NCBI RefSeq assembly: GCF_036321535.1
Contig: NC_087455.1
Span: 992,001-1,056,000, forward strand
DNA length: 64,000 bases
Direction of reading: 5' to 3'
Source of the DNA: Camelus dromedarius
Taxonomy: Eukaryota
The position numbers and the translations under genes are program-made. The notes below the pieces were generated by a model, which saw only the letters and a list, made by a program, of their open reading frames with translations, had not been told where the DNA came from and did no database searches. Of this stretch, positions 14,601-31,289 are shown in pieces (the first letter of the stretch is position 1; each line of letters starts with the position of its first letter).

Positions 14601-17600
14601 CTGCCGGCGGGACGGAGGAGGGCGGTCTGGCTGGTTCCCGGGGAGCTGGAGCTGCCCTCGTCTCGGCGCAGGGCGCTCCCTGGGGCCCACGGGACCCGGC
14701 CCGGCCGGGCCTGCAGAGCCCGCGCCGCGGGCCCCGTCTTTGCGGCCCAGGACTCTGTTCTCGTCTGTCCTCTGGCCCCTTGAGCGCATCCTGTGCAGCA
14801 CTTCCCTGCTCTCCTCACATGAGTCTGGGTTTTTTTTGAGTTTTTTTTAAATTTAAAAAAGAAAAAGAGAGACTGGTGTTTTTCTGCACTGTCTGCAGGA
14901 GAACGGCGCCAGTGTGATCCTCCGTGACATCGCGAGAGCCAGAGAAAACATCCAGAAGTCCCTCGCTGGGGTGCGTACCGCAGGCCGCCGCCCCCCCTCC
15001 CCGCGCCCCTGCTCCTCCCCCGCGCTGCTGACTACTTTGGCCTCTTGGAGCAGTTAGCGTAGGGTGTGCAGGGCTGTGTTCCCACACCGCCAGAGAAGAT
15101 GTTCTTCCTCTTGTGTCCTTGCTGAGCTGGCTGGCGGTCACCTAGGATGCCCCACCTTGCCTTGGCCACTCCTGTGGGGCCAGTGTGGGCCCCCTCATCC
15201 TGCAGGGTGCACCCCAAGGCACAGACCCGGAGACCTCTTGCTTTGGGCTTGCTCTCCCGGCTCAGGAACGCAGGAGAGGGTGGCACATGCCATGGTTCAG
15301 AGAGTTGCCCCCGTTCCTTGGCCCGTGGCTTCTGACGTCAGTTTCTGCCACATTTCTGGCTCTTATGTGGACCTTTGTGATGACCCTGGCCTCCCCGGTG
15401 GACACCGGGTGATCTCCCTACGCCCAGAGCCTCAGCTTCATCACATCTGCAAAGTCCCTTTTGCCACGAGGTCACCTTTTTACAGGGTTTGGGGATTGGT
15501 ATGGGGCCAGGTTTTAGAACCTTCTGCTGGCCACAGCTGGTTCAGGAGGTCCTGGCTGTAGGTTGGGCAGACCTGGGTGAGTGTCCCCAGGAAGTGGTGC
15601 CCAGCAGACCGTGCTCTGTGCTTGGCTCCTGCCTTGTCTTCCGTCCAGCAGCCCTAAGTCCCACCCGCCACCCTCTGCTTTGCTCAACACAGTTCAGGCC
15701 AGGCAGACGTGGGATCGAGGTGGCACAAGGTCTTTGCACTCAGGCCAGGTGCGTCAGGCTCCTGTGCCCAGGAGGCCAGTGCTGGGGGCTCAGCAACTCT
15801 GGGGGCTGTGGCCCTGGAGCTTCCTGGGCTGCGGACTTCTTCCCCCACCGGGCCTTGGGGCCTTAGCCACTGGGGTCAGTGGCAGGGTCTTGGTCTTTGG
15901 GGGAAGCACGTGGGTGCTTGCTTGGGCCTGGGGGCAGGTCTGCTTGGGCTGCTGTGTGAAGCCCCGCGGACCAGGTGGCAGGAGGAACAGACACTTACCT
16001 TCTCGTGATGTGGAGGGTCAGCTTCCGAGATGAAGGTGTGCGGGGGTTGGTGCCTTCCAAGGCCTCTCTCCTTGGCGTGTAGAAGGCTGTTTTCCTCCTG
16101 TGTCTCTGTCACATCTGTGTCCACATTTTTTCTTATGACGACACCAGTTACGGGATTAGGACCACTTAATGACTCCTCATGATTAATTACTGTTTCCGAG
16201 TAAGCCCCCACTCTGAGGCCCTAGTGGTGGGGCCCCCACGTGAACTTCAGGGGAGCATCATTCAGCTGCCAAGGAACCCAGGAGGGATGCTGCGGCCCAG
16301 CCCCGTGCTTGGACTTGGGTGGGGTGGGGCTCAGCACCTGCCGTCTCCGGAGGTTCCCACAAACTGCGAGGTGACAGGCACAGGGCTAGAGGCAGGAATG
16401 GAGGGTCCTGGATTCAAAACCTTAGTGTGGGTCTGCCCTTGAGGCTGCCAGGTGGCTGCCTATTGTATCATGGTCTGCGACTGGACCGGGTGGCCTGGGC
16501 CCGCCTCACTGAGCTCCCAGACTTTGTGCCCCGAGTAGCAGTGGGCAGGGTGGCCCTCAGGCACAGAAGCCATGCAGTGACTACGGGCTTGTGGGCTGGG
16601 CAGTGGTGACCCAGTGGCCCCCAGTCCGGTCTCTGCCCCGCCACTTCCTCTTGGCCTTGCAGCAGGTGGGGCCTTGCCCGGAGCCTGCATCCTCAACCGT
16701 CGGTTCCCACTCAGTGCTGTCACCAGGGCTGTGTTGGGAGGTCCCCGGGGCTGGGCCGACATGCCGGGCAGCAGGCTCCAGCCTGCCGCCAGACCCTGGT
16801 GCATTTGCTTGGCAGGTGAGCCTGCTGAGAGGGGTCCGGGCCGGAGCGTGCAGGCTCGTGGAGCAGGAAGGGTGGTCAGGGCCTTGCAGGGAACAGGTGG
16901 TTCTGGATTTCATCCCTGTGCGGTGGGGCTGCTGGAGGGTTTTGGTGGGAGTGGTATTGGGAGCTGAGTGCTGTGGGAAGCAGGCTGGAGAGGCTGGGTG
17001 CTCTGTGGCAGTGGCGAGGGCGGTCAACTGGCAGGTGGATGCTGTTGGCATTTGCTAACCAGAGTAGGAGGTTATGGGGACAAGTTGGGGATGGACATGT
17101 AGGTTGATCTAAAAGGAGGGGAATGGAGTGAGCAGAGCCCACCCCGGTCCTAGGGCCTGGTCAGCACTGCTTCCCCAGCAGCACGGCGCCACTTGGCCAG
17201 CTCTCACGAGATTTCGATGCAGTAGGAGCTGGTGGGTCACAGGAGACAGTGTCGGCCTAGTACCGCCCCAGGTCCGTGGGCAGGGAGCCAGGTGCTGTCA
17301 GTGTGTCCTCTGTTGGCAGTGGCCTGGGGGTGTGCAGATCAGAGGAGGAGGCCACATGGCTTGCTCTGTGGCTGCCTGGTGGGTGGGCGGGCCCCAGGCT
17401 CAAGGTCTTCACTGTCGTTGGACACTGGAGAAGGGCAGTGGCCATGGGAAAGGGCCCAGTGACCATGCTTTGTCGTTGGAGCCGTTCCACTGCAGTGTGG
17501 TGGTGCTGAGTGGCCTGCTTGTAGGCCCCAGGGGGTAATTTGAGCCATGACACCTGGGGGGTGAGCTCCCTGGGCCCCGCTGTTGGGTCAGATGACAGGG

Positions 17601-19226
17601 CTCCCAGTCAGGGAGGAACCAGAGGAGGCTGGTGGCCAGGCCAGGGTCCCTGGTCACTCAGAGCTTTTGAGGGAGGCAGGGTGTGGCGCTGGCTGCTGCA
17701 AGGTGGCTGCCCCCTGCTCTGGCATGCTCCTTCCTCCTGCTCCCAGTGGGCCCCTCAACTGCCATCCCCTCCTGTTTTCAGCTCAAGGCTGTGCTGCCCA
17801 GTCCTCATGAGGCTCTGGGCCAGGCTGACCCAAGGGCTTTAAGTCCTTTGCTTCCCTCTACCCCGCCGGGCGACGGCAGCTGTGGCTCAGTTCCGCACTG
17901 CCTCTGTTCTGGGGCTGCCCTGGGCCTCCTGCTTCCTGTCCTGTGCTGTCTGCTCAGCCAAGGGTGTCCCTGGTCTCACACGTGCAGGGCTTCCTCCCCA
18001 CTTGCCTGGGGCAGGTGGACCCCGTGGGGCTGACGAACTTCTCACCCAACTTGGGGCTCTGCTTCTGAATGGCTGAGGTGTTGAGCCCACCCTCTCCTGC
18101 TGCCTTGCAGAGCTCGGGGCCTGGGGCCACCAGTGGGCCCAGTGGAGACCACAGTGAGCTGGTCGTCCGGATTGCCAGCCTGGAAGTGGAGAACCAGAGC
18201 CTGCGAGGGGGTGAGGCCCTGGGCCTGATGGGTGGGGGACCCCACCCTGCCCCTGCCTTCTGACCAGCACCCACTTTGCTCCCACAGTGGTGCAGGATCT
18301 GCAGCAGGCTGTCTCAAAGCTGGAGGCCCGGCTGAGCGCACTGGAGAAGAGCTCGCCAGCCCACCGAGCCACGGCCCCACAGACGCAGGTGAGTGCCCTC
18401 CCCACACCCAGGGACCGCATGCCTGGCACTGAGGAGCAGGAGGCCCTCACATACACGGGCCCTGGTGCCCTCACCCTGCCGGGCAGGGTGTGTAGTTGGG
18501 TCCCTGGCTGCGTGGGCCTCAGCCTCCTGTCCCCTATGGCAGCACGTGTCTCCCATGCGCCAAGTGGAGCCCCCTGCCAGGAAGGTGGCCACTGCCACGG
18601 AGGATGACGAGGATGATGACATCGACCTGTTTGGCAGCGACGAGGAGGAGGACAGGGAGGCGGCCCGGCTGCGGGAGGAGAGGCTGCGGCAGTACGCTGA
18701 GAAGAAGGCCAAAAAGCCTGCCCTGGTGGCCAAGTCCTCCATCCTCCTGGATGTCAAGCCTGTGAGTGGCTCACCTCTGACCCTCCCCACCCTGTGCCCT
18801 GGGGTCCTGGAGAGATCAGGGCGGGGCCGGGCAGGTGTAAACTCAGACTGTGCTCTGACCCCAGTCCCCCACCTCTCTCCCCAGTGGGATGACGAGACAG
18901 ACATGGCCCAGTTGGAGGCCTGTGTGCGCTCCATCCAGATGGACGGGCTGACGTGGGGGGGCTCCAAGCTGGTGCCGGTGGGCTACGGCATCCACAAGCT
19001 ACAGATCCAGTGTGTGGTGGAGGACGACAAGGTGGGGACAGACCTGCTGGAAGAGGAGATCACCAAGTTCCAGGAGCACGTGAGTGGGCAGGCACACACG
19101 GTGGGGTCCCCAAGTGAACCTCCGGCCAGGCCAGGCATGTGGCAGGAGCACGTGGGCCTTTGTGAACACGAGCCTCCCTCTCCACAGGTGCAGAGCGTCG
19201 ACGTTGCTGCTTTCAACAAGGTCTGA
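11655..19226 (+). CDS. EEF1D: Elongation factor 1-delta, long isoform (eEF1B-delta-L, about 638 aa)
   Basis: Exons 11655-12724, 14460-14580, 14899-14970, 18111-18210, 18288-18388, 18543-18761, 18885-19079, 19188-19226 (1917 nt, GT-AG, phases consistent). Starts [17 protein letters not shown], has the NLS-like [13 protein letters not shown], and joins in frame as ...SLRS-K-K-MATNF. Confidence 0.9.
13900..14135. mobile_element. hAT/Charlie-like DNA transposon fragment
   Basis: AT-rich island containing TTACATTTTTGCAAATTTCTTGTGTCTGGCTTAATAGAAGGCAGCTGGAT, which resembles a Charlie1 internal consensus as I recall it. Confidence 0.45.
14464..19226 (+). CDS. EEF1D: Elongation factor 1-delta, canonical short isoform (about 280 aa)
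   Basis: ATG at 14464 ([29 protein letters not shown]), leucine zipper, acidic [17 protein letters not shown] domain [27 protein letters not shown], ending [15 protein letters not shown]. Same downstream exons as the long form; 843 nt. Confidence 0.97.
15330..15510 (-). mobile_element. MaLR LTR (MLT1-like) fragment
   Basis: ATCACATCTGCAAAGTCCCTTTTGCCACGAGGTCACC...CAGGGTTTGGGGATT is typical of MLT1 LTRs. Confidence 0.65.
15985..16250 (-). mobile_element. MaLR LTR (MLT1-like) fragment
   Basis: GATGAAGGTGTGCGGGGGTTGGTGCCTTCCAAGGCCTCTCTCCTTGGCGTGTAGAAGGCTG...GACACCAGTTACGGGATTAGGACCAC matches the MLT1A-D pattern. Confidence 0.7.
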
Positions 19227-19264
19227 GCCTGGCATTGGGCCTGTGTGTGTGAAGTCTTGCAGCC

Positions 19265-19270
19265 AATAAA
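19265..19270 (+). terminator. EEF1D: EEF1D poly(A) signal AATAAA
   Basis: Canonical hexamer 39 nt after the stop codon. Confidence 0.85.
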
Positions 19271-20299
19271 GACAGATTCCAGCTCTCTGCCTCCTGTCCT
19301 GGCCTGGGCCCCACGGTGGGCACGTTCAGTGAGCGGCTCTCTGCCAGGCCCCAGGCCTCATTAGTGTCGCCTGGGCCCCCTGTCTGTCCTGCTCCTGCAC
19401 CAGTGGCCACCAGCCTCCACCGCTGTCTTGGCCTCTCCACAGCCCTCCCGTGGCTGTGGGACCCCACCCCTTGCTGCCCCTCCTGTCTGCCCCCTCCCAT
19501 CTTGCTCACGCCTCCGTCGCGAGCACCACGTCCAGGTCAAGCTGTTGAAACCAGAAACGAGCACATATTGGCTCCCTCACTGTAGGAGGCATCCCTGTCC
19601 ACCACCTCCTCTCTTCTCTGCCGAGCTGTCACCACAAGTGCAGAAGTGCCAGCCTGAAACTGTCCAGGGGAGAGGTCCCAGCGGCTGACCTGGCCCTGCT
19701 GTTGTGACTATAGCCAGGTGCCCCATCAAGTTTGAACTGTGTGAACCACTGCCAGACATCCCACCATCTCTAGAAAGAAGGCTGGGCTTTTCTCAGCCCC
19801 GAGGCCCCTGCTGCCCAGCCCTGCCCCTCTCCTTTCAGTCCTTTTGGGGTGCTCACCGCCCTGCCCCGCCCACCTTCCAGTGTGCTGCCTGCGTCTGTGG
19901 TCGCGCATCCCCCTGCCCCCCGCACTAGAGACCAGGGCCCTAGACGGATCCCATGACAAACTGCCCTGTGCGCTGGTGCCCACTGTCCTGCCTGTCCCTG
20001 TCCACCTGCACTCCCGAGCCCCAGGTTTGCACAACACTTGAGTCACTAGTGGTTTCTCCCCTGGACTGTTGGCCCACGTGGCCATTGAGGCAGCCGTTTC
20101 TGGTGCTGGGAGAAAGTGTGGGTTGTGGTTACTTCTGTGCTGTCCTCCAGGGCCCCCCTCGGGATTTCTGTGGGGCTTACAGTGCAGAAGCTGAAAGCCT
20201 TTGCTGCCAGCTGGGGTGGACAAATGGCCCCCTCGCCCTTTGTTGGCACCACACTCCTTCCCGAGCAGTGTGGTAAGGGCCTTGCCTGGTGCGGTGCTG

Positions 20300-20699
20300 G
20301 CTGTGCGCTGCCCTCCCCAGGCCGGGGCGGCCCCTGGGTGGGTGCGGGTAAAGTCCAGCTGGACGTGGAGTTACGGCTGCCCTCTTCCACCCTCGCGGAG
20401 CCCACTGCATGGAGCTGCCAGCTTCGCGGGGATCGGGACAGGCCACGCGGCAAGGGGCCAAGGGGAGCAGGGGTGACCAGCGAGAGCATATGCCCCCAGC
20501 CCCAGCCAGGTCCAGCTGCTGGGGCCCCTGGGAGTGTCTGGAGGCCAGCGGCCCGCCCCGCCCATGCCGGTTGCCAGGAAAGGCGGTCTCTCCCTGGTGT
20601 CCCAGCCTCCTGGTGCGTCCCGCTGGCTGGGCGGGCTTTGGGGAGCGTGGCGTCACGGGGTGGACGGGCGGGGCGGCGAGAGTCCGGAGTGCGGGGGTA
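20300..20699 (+). promoter_or_regulatory. NAPRT: NAPRT CpG-island promoter
   Basis: CpG-rich, with GC boxes (GGGCGGGGCGG) and a CRE half-site CGTCA at about 20651, directly upstream of the ATG. Confidence 0.7.
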
Positions 20700-23600
20700 A
20701 TGGCGGCAGAGCAGGACGCAGAGGGGCGCGCGGCGGCCCGGCCGCTGCTCACCGACCTCTACCAGGCCACCATGGCGCTGGGCTACTGGCGCGCGGGCCG
20801 GGCGCAGGACCAGGCCGAATTCGAGCTCTTCTTCCGTCGCTGCCCGTTCGGTGGAGCCTTCGCCCTGGCTGCTGGGCTGCGCGACTGCGTGCGTTTCCTG
20901 CGCACCTTCCGCCTCCGGGAAGCAGGTATCCCCCCCCCCCCCCGGGCCCGGGAGCCCCTCCTACCCGGCCCCCTCCCCCCGCCCACCACCACCTCTGCCG
21001 CCCCTAGATGTGCAGTTCCTGGCCTCGGTGCTGCCCCCAGACACAGACCCGGCGTTCTTTGAGCACCTTCGTGCCCTCGACTGCTCCGGGGTGACAGTGC
21101 GGGCCCTGCCCGAGGGCTCCCTCGCCTTCCCCGGTGTGAGTGCAGGGTGAGCCGGACGCCGGGGTGGGGCTGAGTGGGCCCGGGGTGCCGAGCTGACAGC
21201 CTGCCCCGCAGGTGCCGCTGCTGCAAGTGTCGGGGCCACTCCTGGTGGTGCAGCTGCTGGAAACGCCGCTCCTCTGCCTGGTCAGCTATGCCAGGTGGGG
21301 CCTGGGGTGCCAGGTGGGGCCTGGGGCAGGACCGGGGCTCCTGCCCAAGACCCGAAGGCTGGGCTCTGAGGAAGGAGCACGGCCTTCCGGGCCCCGCCCT
21401 GTGGGGCGTGGCCCCTGGGTTGGATGGTGGAGCCCAGGCCTGGGTCCTGGAGAGGGACCTTCGGTTCCCACAGTGCAGGGTCCCAGGAGAGGACGGCTCT
21501 GGTTGGCTTCCTGGCCCTCATGCAGGGCCCTTGCCCTGTTGCTCCAACAGCCTCATTGCCACGAACGCAGCGCGGCTTCGCCTGATCGCAGGGCCGGAGA
21601 AGCGGCTGCTGGAAATGGGGCTTCGGCGAGCTCAGGGACCGGATGGGGGTCTTACGGCCTCCACCTACAGCTACCTGGGCGGTGAGGGCCAGGAGAGGGA
21701 GGCAAGGTTTGGGAAAGGAGGCCAGCCCTGAGATCCCCCTCACTTCAGTACCTGAAGTCCCTCAACCTTGCCTGATGCCCTGGTCCAGGCTTTGATGGCA
21801 GCAGCAATGTGCTTGCGGGACAGCTTCGGGGCGTGCCTGTGGCCGGAACCCTGGCACACTCCTTCGTCACGTCCTTTTTGGGTACCGAGGTGCCCCCTGA
21901 CCCGGTCAGTACCCCTGTCTGCCCCACTGCAGTCCAGAGGGCAGACCCCAAAGCCAGCCGCTGCCCAAGGGGAGGGAGGGGCCAGTTCCTGCTCTGCACT
22001 CAGGTAGGTGCCATGCCTGGCCCACCTCAGCCACCCTGGCAGGTAGTCTTGGTGCTGCGCTGGGAAGCTGGCAGGCAGGTGGCTCAGACCCTTTACCAGG
22101 GACAAACCAGACCCCACCCTGTGCTCTGGATCCTCCATCCTTCACTAGTTCCTCTCCCCAGATGTTGGCTCCTGCTGCTGGTCAGGGCCCCACCGTGGAC
22201 CTGGCTGCCAGTGTGGAGACATGGCTGGAGCGTGTGTGTGCCCACCTGGGGCTGGGAGTGCAGGAGCCACACCGGGGGGAGCGGGCAGCCTTTGTGGCCT
22301 ATGCCCTGGCCTTTCCCCGGGCCTTCCAGGGCCTGCTGGACACCTACAGTGTGCGGAGGTGAGGCCCAGGCATCCCCGGAGCGGGCTCAGCCGAGCACCT
22401 TCAGGCCCCCGACCGCCTTGCCCTGCCTGCAGGAGCGGCCTTCCTAACTTCCTGGCTGTAGCCCTGGCTCTGGAGGGGCTGGGCTACCAGGCAGTGGGCG
22501 TGAGGCTGGACAGCGGCGACCTGCTTCAGCAAGCCCAGGAAATCCGCGGAGTCTTCCGAACGGTGGCGGCCCAGTGAGTCCCCGGGGCACTTTGCCTGCT
22601 GAGACCCCCTCTGGGGCTGGAATGTTGGGATGGGACAGAGGAGGGGAAGGAGGGACCTTCCCAATCTTCATCCCTCCCACGGTGAGGCTCTCTGGTGTGG
22701 TCGCTACCTCAGTAGAGAAGTCACGGCCCTGGCGAGGAGGCTGGGGTGGGCTCACTCAGGGGCCTGCAGGCAAAAAGGCCAGAGCCAGCATGGCTGAAGG
22801 CAGATTATCAGGGGGTGGGGAGATGGCATGACGGGTGGGAGGGGACCAGCGCATCGGGAGCAGCGGAGGGGCTGCCCACACAGGTTCCGGGTGCCCTGGC
22901 TAGAGTCGGTCCCTATCACCGTCAGCAACAGCATTGACGAGGAGGAGCTGGCCCGGCTGGCCCAGAAGGTGAGTGGGGCAGGGGCAGGCCAGAGGGCGGC
23001 CGGGGGCCCCAGGCCTGCGGGTGCTGGACGAGCCCAGGGCCGCCTCCTGTCCCCTCCTCCAGGGCAGCGAGGTGAACGGCATCGGCATCGGCACGAGCGT
23101 GGTCACCTGCCCTCGTCAGCCTTCCCTGGGCTGTGTCTACAAGGTGGAGACGGGGCAGGGGCCCTGTGGGGGCGGGCTGGGCTGGGTCATGGGCCCGAGG
23201 GGAAGGGTCCAACTCTGCTGACACCCTGTCTCTGCAGCTGGTGTCCGTGGGAGGCCAACCACGAATGAAGCTGACTGAGGACCCAGAGAAGCAGACATTG
23301 CCTGGGAGCAAGGCTGCCTTCCGGCTCCTGGGCTCCAACGGTGAGGCTTGCCCTGCTGACCCTCTGCAGTTCGGCTCAAGGCCCCTGGCCCCCCACGTTA
23401 TTCTTGGCACCCCTGACACGCACACACACACAGGGTCTCTGCTGATGGATGTGCTGCAGTTGGCAGAGGAGCCACCTCCCCAGGCTGGCCAGGAGCTGCG
23501 AGTCTGGCCTCGAGGGGCCCAGGAGTCCTGTACCGTGAGGCCGGCCCATGTGGAGCCACTTCTGCGACTCTGGGTCCAGCAGGGACAGGTGACCGCCCCT

Positions 23601-23968
23601 ACCCACCCCGCTAGGCTGCACCTTCAACCCAAATCAAGCCCTGACACCTGACCTAGAGCCAGCCCCTTCCTTCCCTCTTCCCCCCAGCTGTGTGAGCCCC
23701 TCCCATCTCTGGCTGAATCCAGAGCCTTCGCTCAGCTGTCCCTAAGCCGTCTGAGCCCCGCACACAGGCGGCTGGAGCAGCCTGAGCTGTACCAGGTGGG
23801 TGTCGGGCCCACATCGTCAACCTGACCTGTGTGCTCTCTGCCCCGACAGCCACCCACTGTCCCCTCCTCTCCACCCTGCAGGTCGCACTGTCTGAGAAGC
23901 TACAGGCCCTGGTGGACAAACTGAGTGCCAGCAGTCCCCGTGAGAGTCCAATGGTGGGAGCTGCCTGA
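20700..23968 (+). CDS. NAPRT: Nicotinate phosphoribosyltransferase (13 exons, about 546 aa)
   Basis: Exons 20700-20925, 21008-21135, 21212-21294, 21551-21681, 21789-21904, 22162-22358, 22433-22573, 22884-22968, 23063-23143, 23238-23340, 23434-23588, 23688-23795, 23882-23968 (1641 nt). Motifs [34 protein letters not shown] (phospho-His), [17 protein letters not shown] and GCVYKLV are all present. Confidence 0.97.
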
Positions 23969-25591
23969 AATTAACACGAGTCCTTCACTGTCCCCCACAA
24001 CTTGTCATGTGTCGTGTCTTCACCCAGCCTGCCACTCACTGGACCCCCAGGGCCTCCCGGGGTGGGCTGGAGTCAGGGATCAGCGTGAGGGCTCGTGCTT
24101 CCAGGGGAGATCCCGCCTGGCCCGGGCAGGGAGGCGGCCCTGTGCCGAGGCCTGAGGGTGGTGAGGAGGTAGGCTAAGGGCAGGGAGTGTCTGAGGCCTG
24201 GGGAGCTGGGAAAGGGCAGGGCTGTGGGGAAGGGAGGCCTCTGGTGCCCAGCTGGGAGCTGGGGGTGTTACCATGGAAGGCCTCTCCCTGCTGGAGGCTC
24301 GAGAAGGGGCACCTCGGGGTGGGGCTAGAGTGCCAGATACAGGAGCTCCAGCATTCCTGTGACCATGCGCTGCCAAAGGCACTGTCCTCAGGCAGGCTCT
24401 GTGGGGCACCTTGAGCTTCCCAAGCCAGAGAGCAGCCTGGTGTCACCTGCCACTGCTGCTGCCAGCCCTGCAGGACCCTGCCACTGGGGACCCCCGTGGC
24501 CCTGCGCCCCACCCATCTGGCTCCCTCCTGGCCTTGGCATCCTGTCATGATGCCGACCAGCCTGGGCCTTGGGGACCCGGCTCCTCGGAAGGGAGAGGAG
24601 CGGGTCCGGGCCTGCGCTAGAGCCAGTGAAGAAGTTGAGGGGACAGAGAGTGGCTCAGCTCTGTGCAGGCAGGCTAGTCAGGTCTCCAGAGGGGCCACTC
24701 AAGAGAGCGGTCTAGGGCTCTGCGGACGCGAGGGCGGGGCCCGGGCCTGGCCTGTCCAGGCCTTGAAGCAGGTGTGGGTGTGGAGGTGCTGACTCTCCAG
24801 GGCGCTTCCCACAGCACCGCCGCCTGCCGAGGTATTTGGCCAGACCAGCTCTTCTGGCTCCCCTGCCCAGGCTGGGCAGTGCCCCTGAGTTGCTGGGTGA
24901 CAGTGATGGTGGGAATTTAGGGCAGAGGCCCAGTCAGGCCATCCCTGGGGGACAGGTGGTTGGAGGAAGATACAGACACACAGACACACAACAGAACATA
25001 CACTGGCCCCAGGTACCCACGGGTCACCACTTCTCAGCTCTGCACTTCCTTGGTGCCGGGACCCAGAGCACCTCCCCCCTCCAGCGATGGCGGTCACCTG
25101 CAAGGACACCTGAAGGCACAGACAGGGCAGCTCCTCTTGCCTCTGGCTCCACCCCAGGGCTGCCCCGAGCTCAGAGGTGTGGGCAGCTCTCTGAATTACC
25201 CCCATTCCCAGAATGGCTGGGTCGGAATGCAGAGGGGACAGCCCAGGCCCAGCCTGGGCTGAATCAGGTGAAGCCTCAGCTCAGGGCTAGGCCCAGCGTT
25301 CTGGACCCTGCCAGGGTCTCTTCAGGGCTGTCCACACCTTCCCCAAGGTCTGCCTAGAGGAGGCAGAGATCACGGACAAGGACCCTTCTCTCCCCTTGCA
25401 GACCCACTGTCTCCCAGGGACCTTCCCTCTTCCCCAGGGCCTGGGGGCAGAGTCAGACCCCAGGCGCTCAGTCTTCTCACCCCAGATGCTGGCCACTCAC
25501 CTCCAGCAGCCCAGGCAGGAGGGCCTTTCATAAGCCCCCAGCAGGCACCACTCCTGGGGACACCTCTGTGTGGCTCCCCAACCCCCACCCC

Positions 25592-25626
25592 CATGCATAC
25601 ACACACACACGCACGCACGCACGCGC
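25592..25626. repeat. 35-bp perfect alternating purine-pyrimidine tract (CA/CG microsatellite)
   Basis: CATGCATACACACACACACGCACGCACGCACGCGC, ending about 130 bp upstream of the MROH6 ATG. Confidence 0.85.
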
Positions 25627-25671
25627 CACCACGCCTGTTCTTGGTCCCGCCTGCCTGGGACATGCTTCTAG

Positions 25672-30278
<4,607 letters not shown>

Positions 30279-31283
30279 GTCTGACCTGCCTGCCCTCCAG
30301 GTGGGAGTCAGGGGTCTGAGTGGGGCGCCCCACCACTCTGTGGCCAGTCTGGGCAGGGCCAGTTCTGCGGAAGAGGTCTCCCTTGAGGGGCACCCGGGCT
30401 TGGTGCTGGACACCGATACCTGCCTTTGGAGCTGCCCGAGGCCTGCTGCACACAAAGAGCCCTCTCCAGGAGCGCCCCACCGTGACAGCCATGGGGCCTG
30501 GAGGGAGCCCATGTGCCTTCTGCCCGAGCACCAATTCACTCTCAGCCTCTCACTTCTTACACACCTGGGTCCGCCTGTCCCCCTCAGGCATATGGCTCTC
30601 CAAGCCCCTTGGAGTGTGCCCTGCCCATGGCACCTGGCCTCCCAAGCCAGACTCTGGTGGGGGACAGTGTGAAGCTGGCACAGCCCTCCTCCGGGGCCTC
30701 TACCTGTCGGGCCCTCCTGGCCACCACAGCAGCCCAGCACCCTCCATCGTATGCTCCACTCCCTGCTGGCCATGCCCTGGCCTGAGGTTCTCAGGCTCCT
30801 GGCCACATCCTCGCTGCTCAAGAAGCTTTGGTCTGTCCACACCTGCTGCCCCACAGCCTGGTCCCACTCCACCCGCCCACCATGGTGTCAGACCGCCCCC
30901 CGGACCTTCTCCGGATCATGTCCCCTGACCTCCCCACTGGACAGCACAGGCCCGAGATGATGCCTGCAGGTCCAGGTGTGAGGCAGCCGCATCCACAGCC
31001 CACCGGGCTGAGCCCTCGCCTCGGTGCCCCAGCGCCTGGCTCAGGGTTGAATGAGAAAGGCAGGACTGGACGTTCGGGGAAGAGGCCCCTCTAGGAGTGT
31101 CTGAAGCTGTGACTAGGCCCCTCCAGGCCCTGCCAAGTGGCTTCCTCCACCGGGAGTATCCACCTTGAGGTGTCCTCCTGCCCTCCCAGGGCCCCCCAGA
31201 GCTGCTTCCTCAGAGAAGGAGGCCTCGACTCACACAGCCTCTTGGAGGCTGGGGCTCTGTCCATCCCCATGGAGAGAGTTTAA

Positions 31284-31289
31284 AATAAA
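31284..31289 (+). terminator. MROH6: MROH6 poly(A) signal AATAAA
   Basis: First canonical hexamer I found downstream of the stop (about 1 kb 3'UTR). Confidence 0.65.

Noticed and set aside
20929-20943. Long C/G homopolymers (also about 2322, 45455 and 60865) as G-quadruplex elements
   Set aside because: Common in such GC-rich DNA, with lengths unreliable in sequencing and no specific evidence of function.
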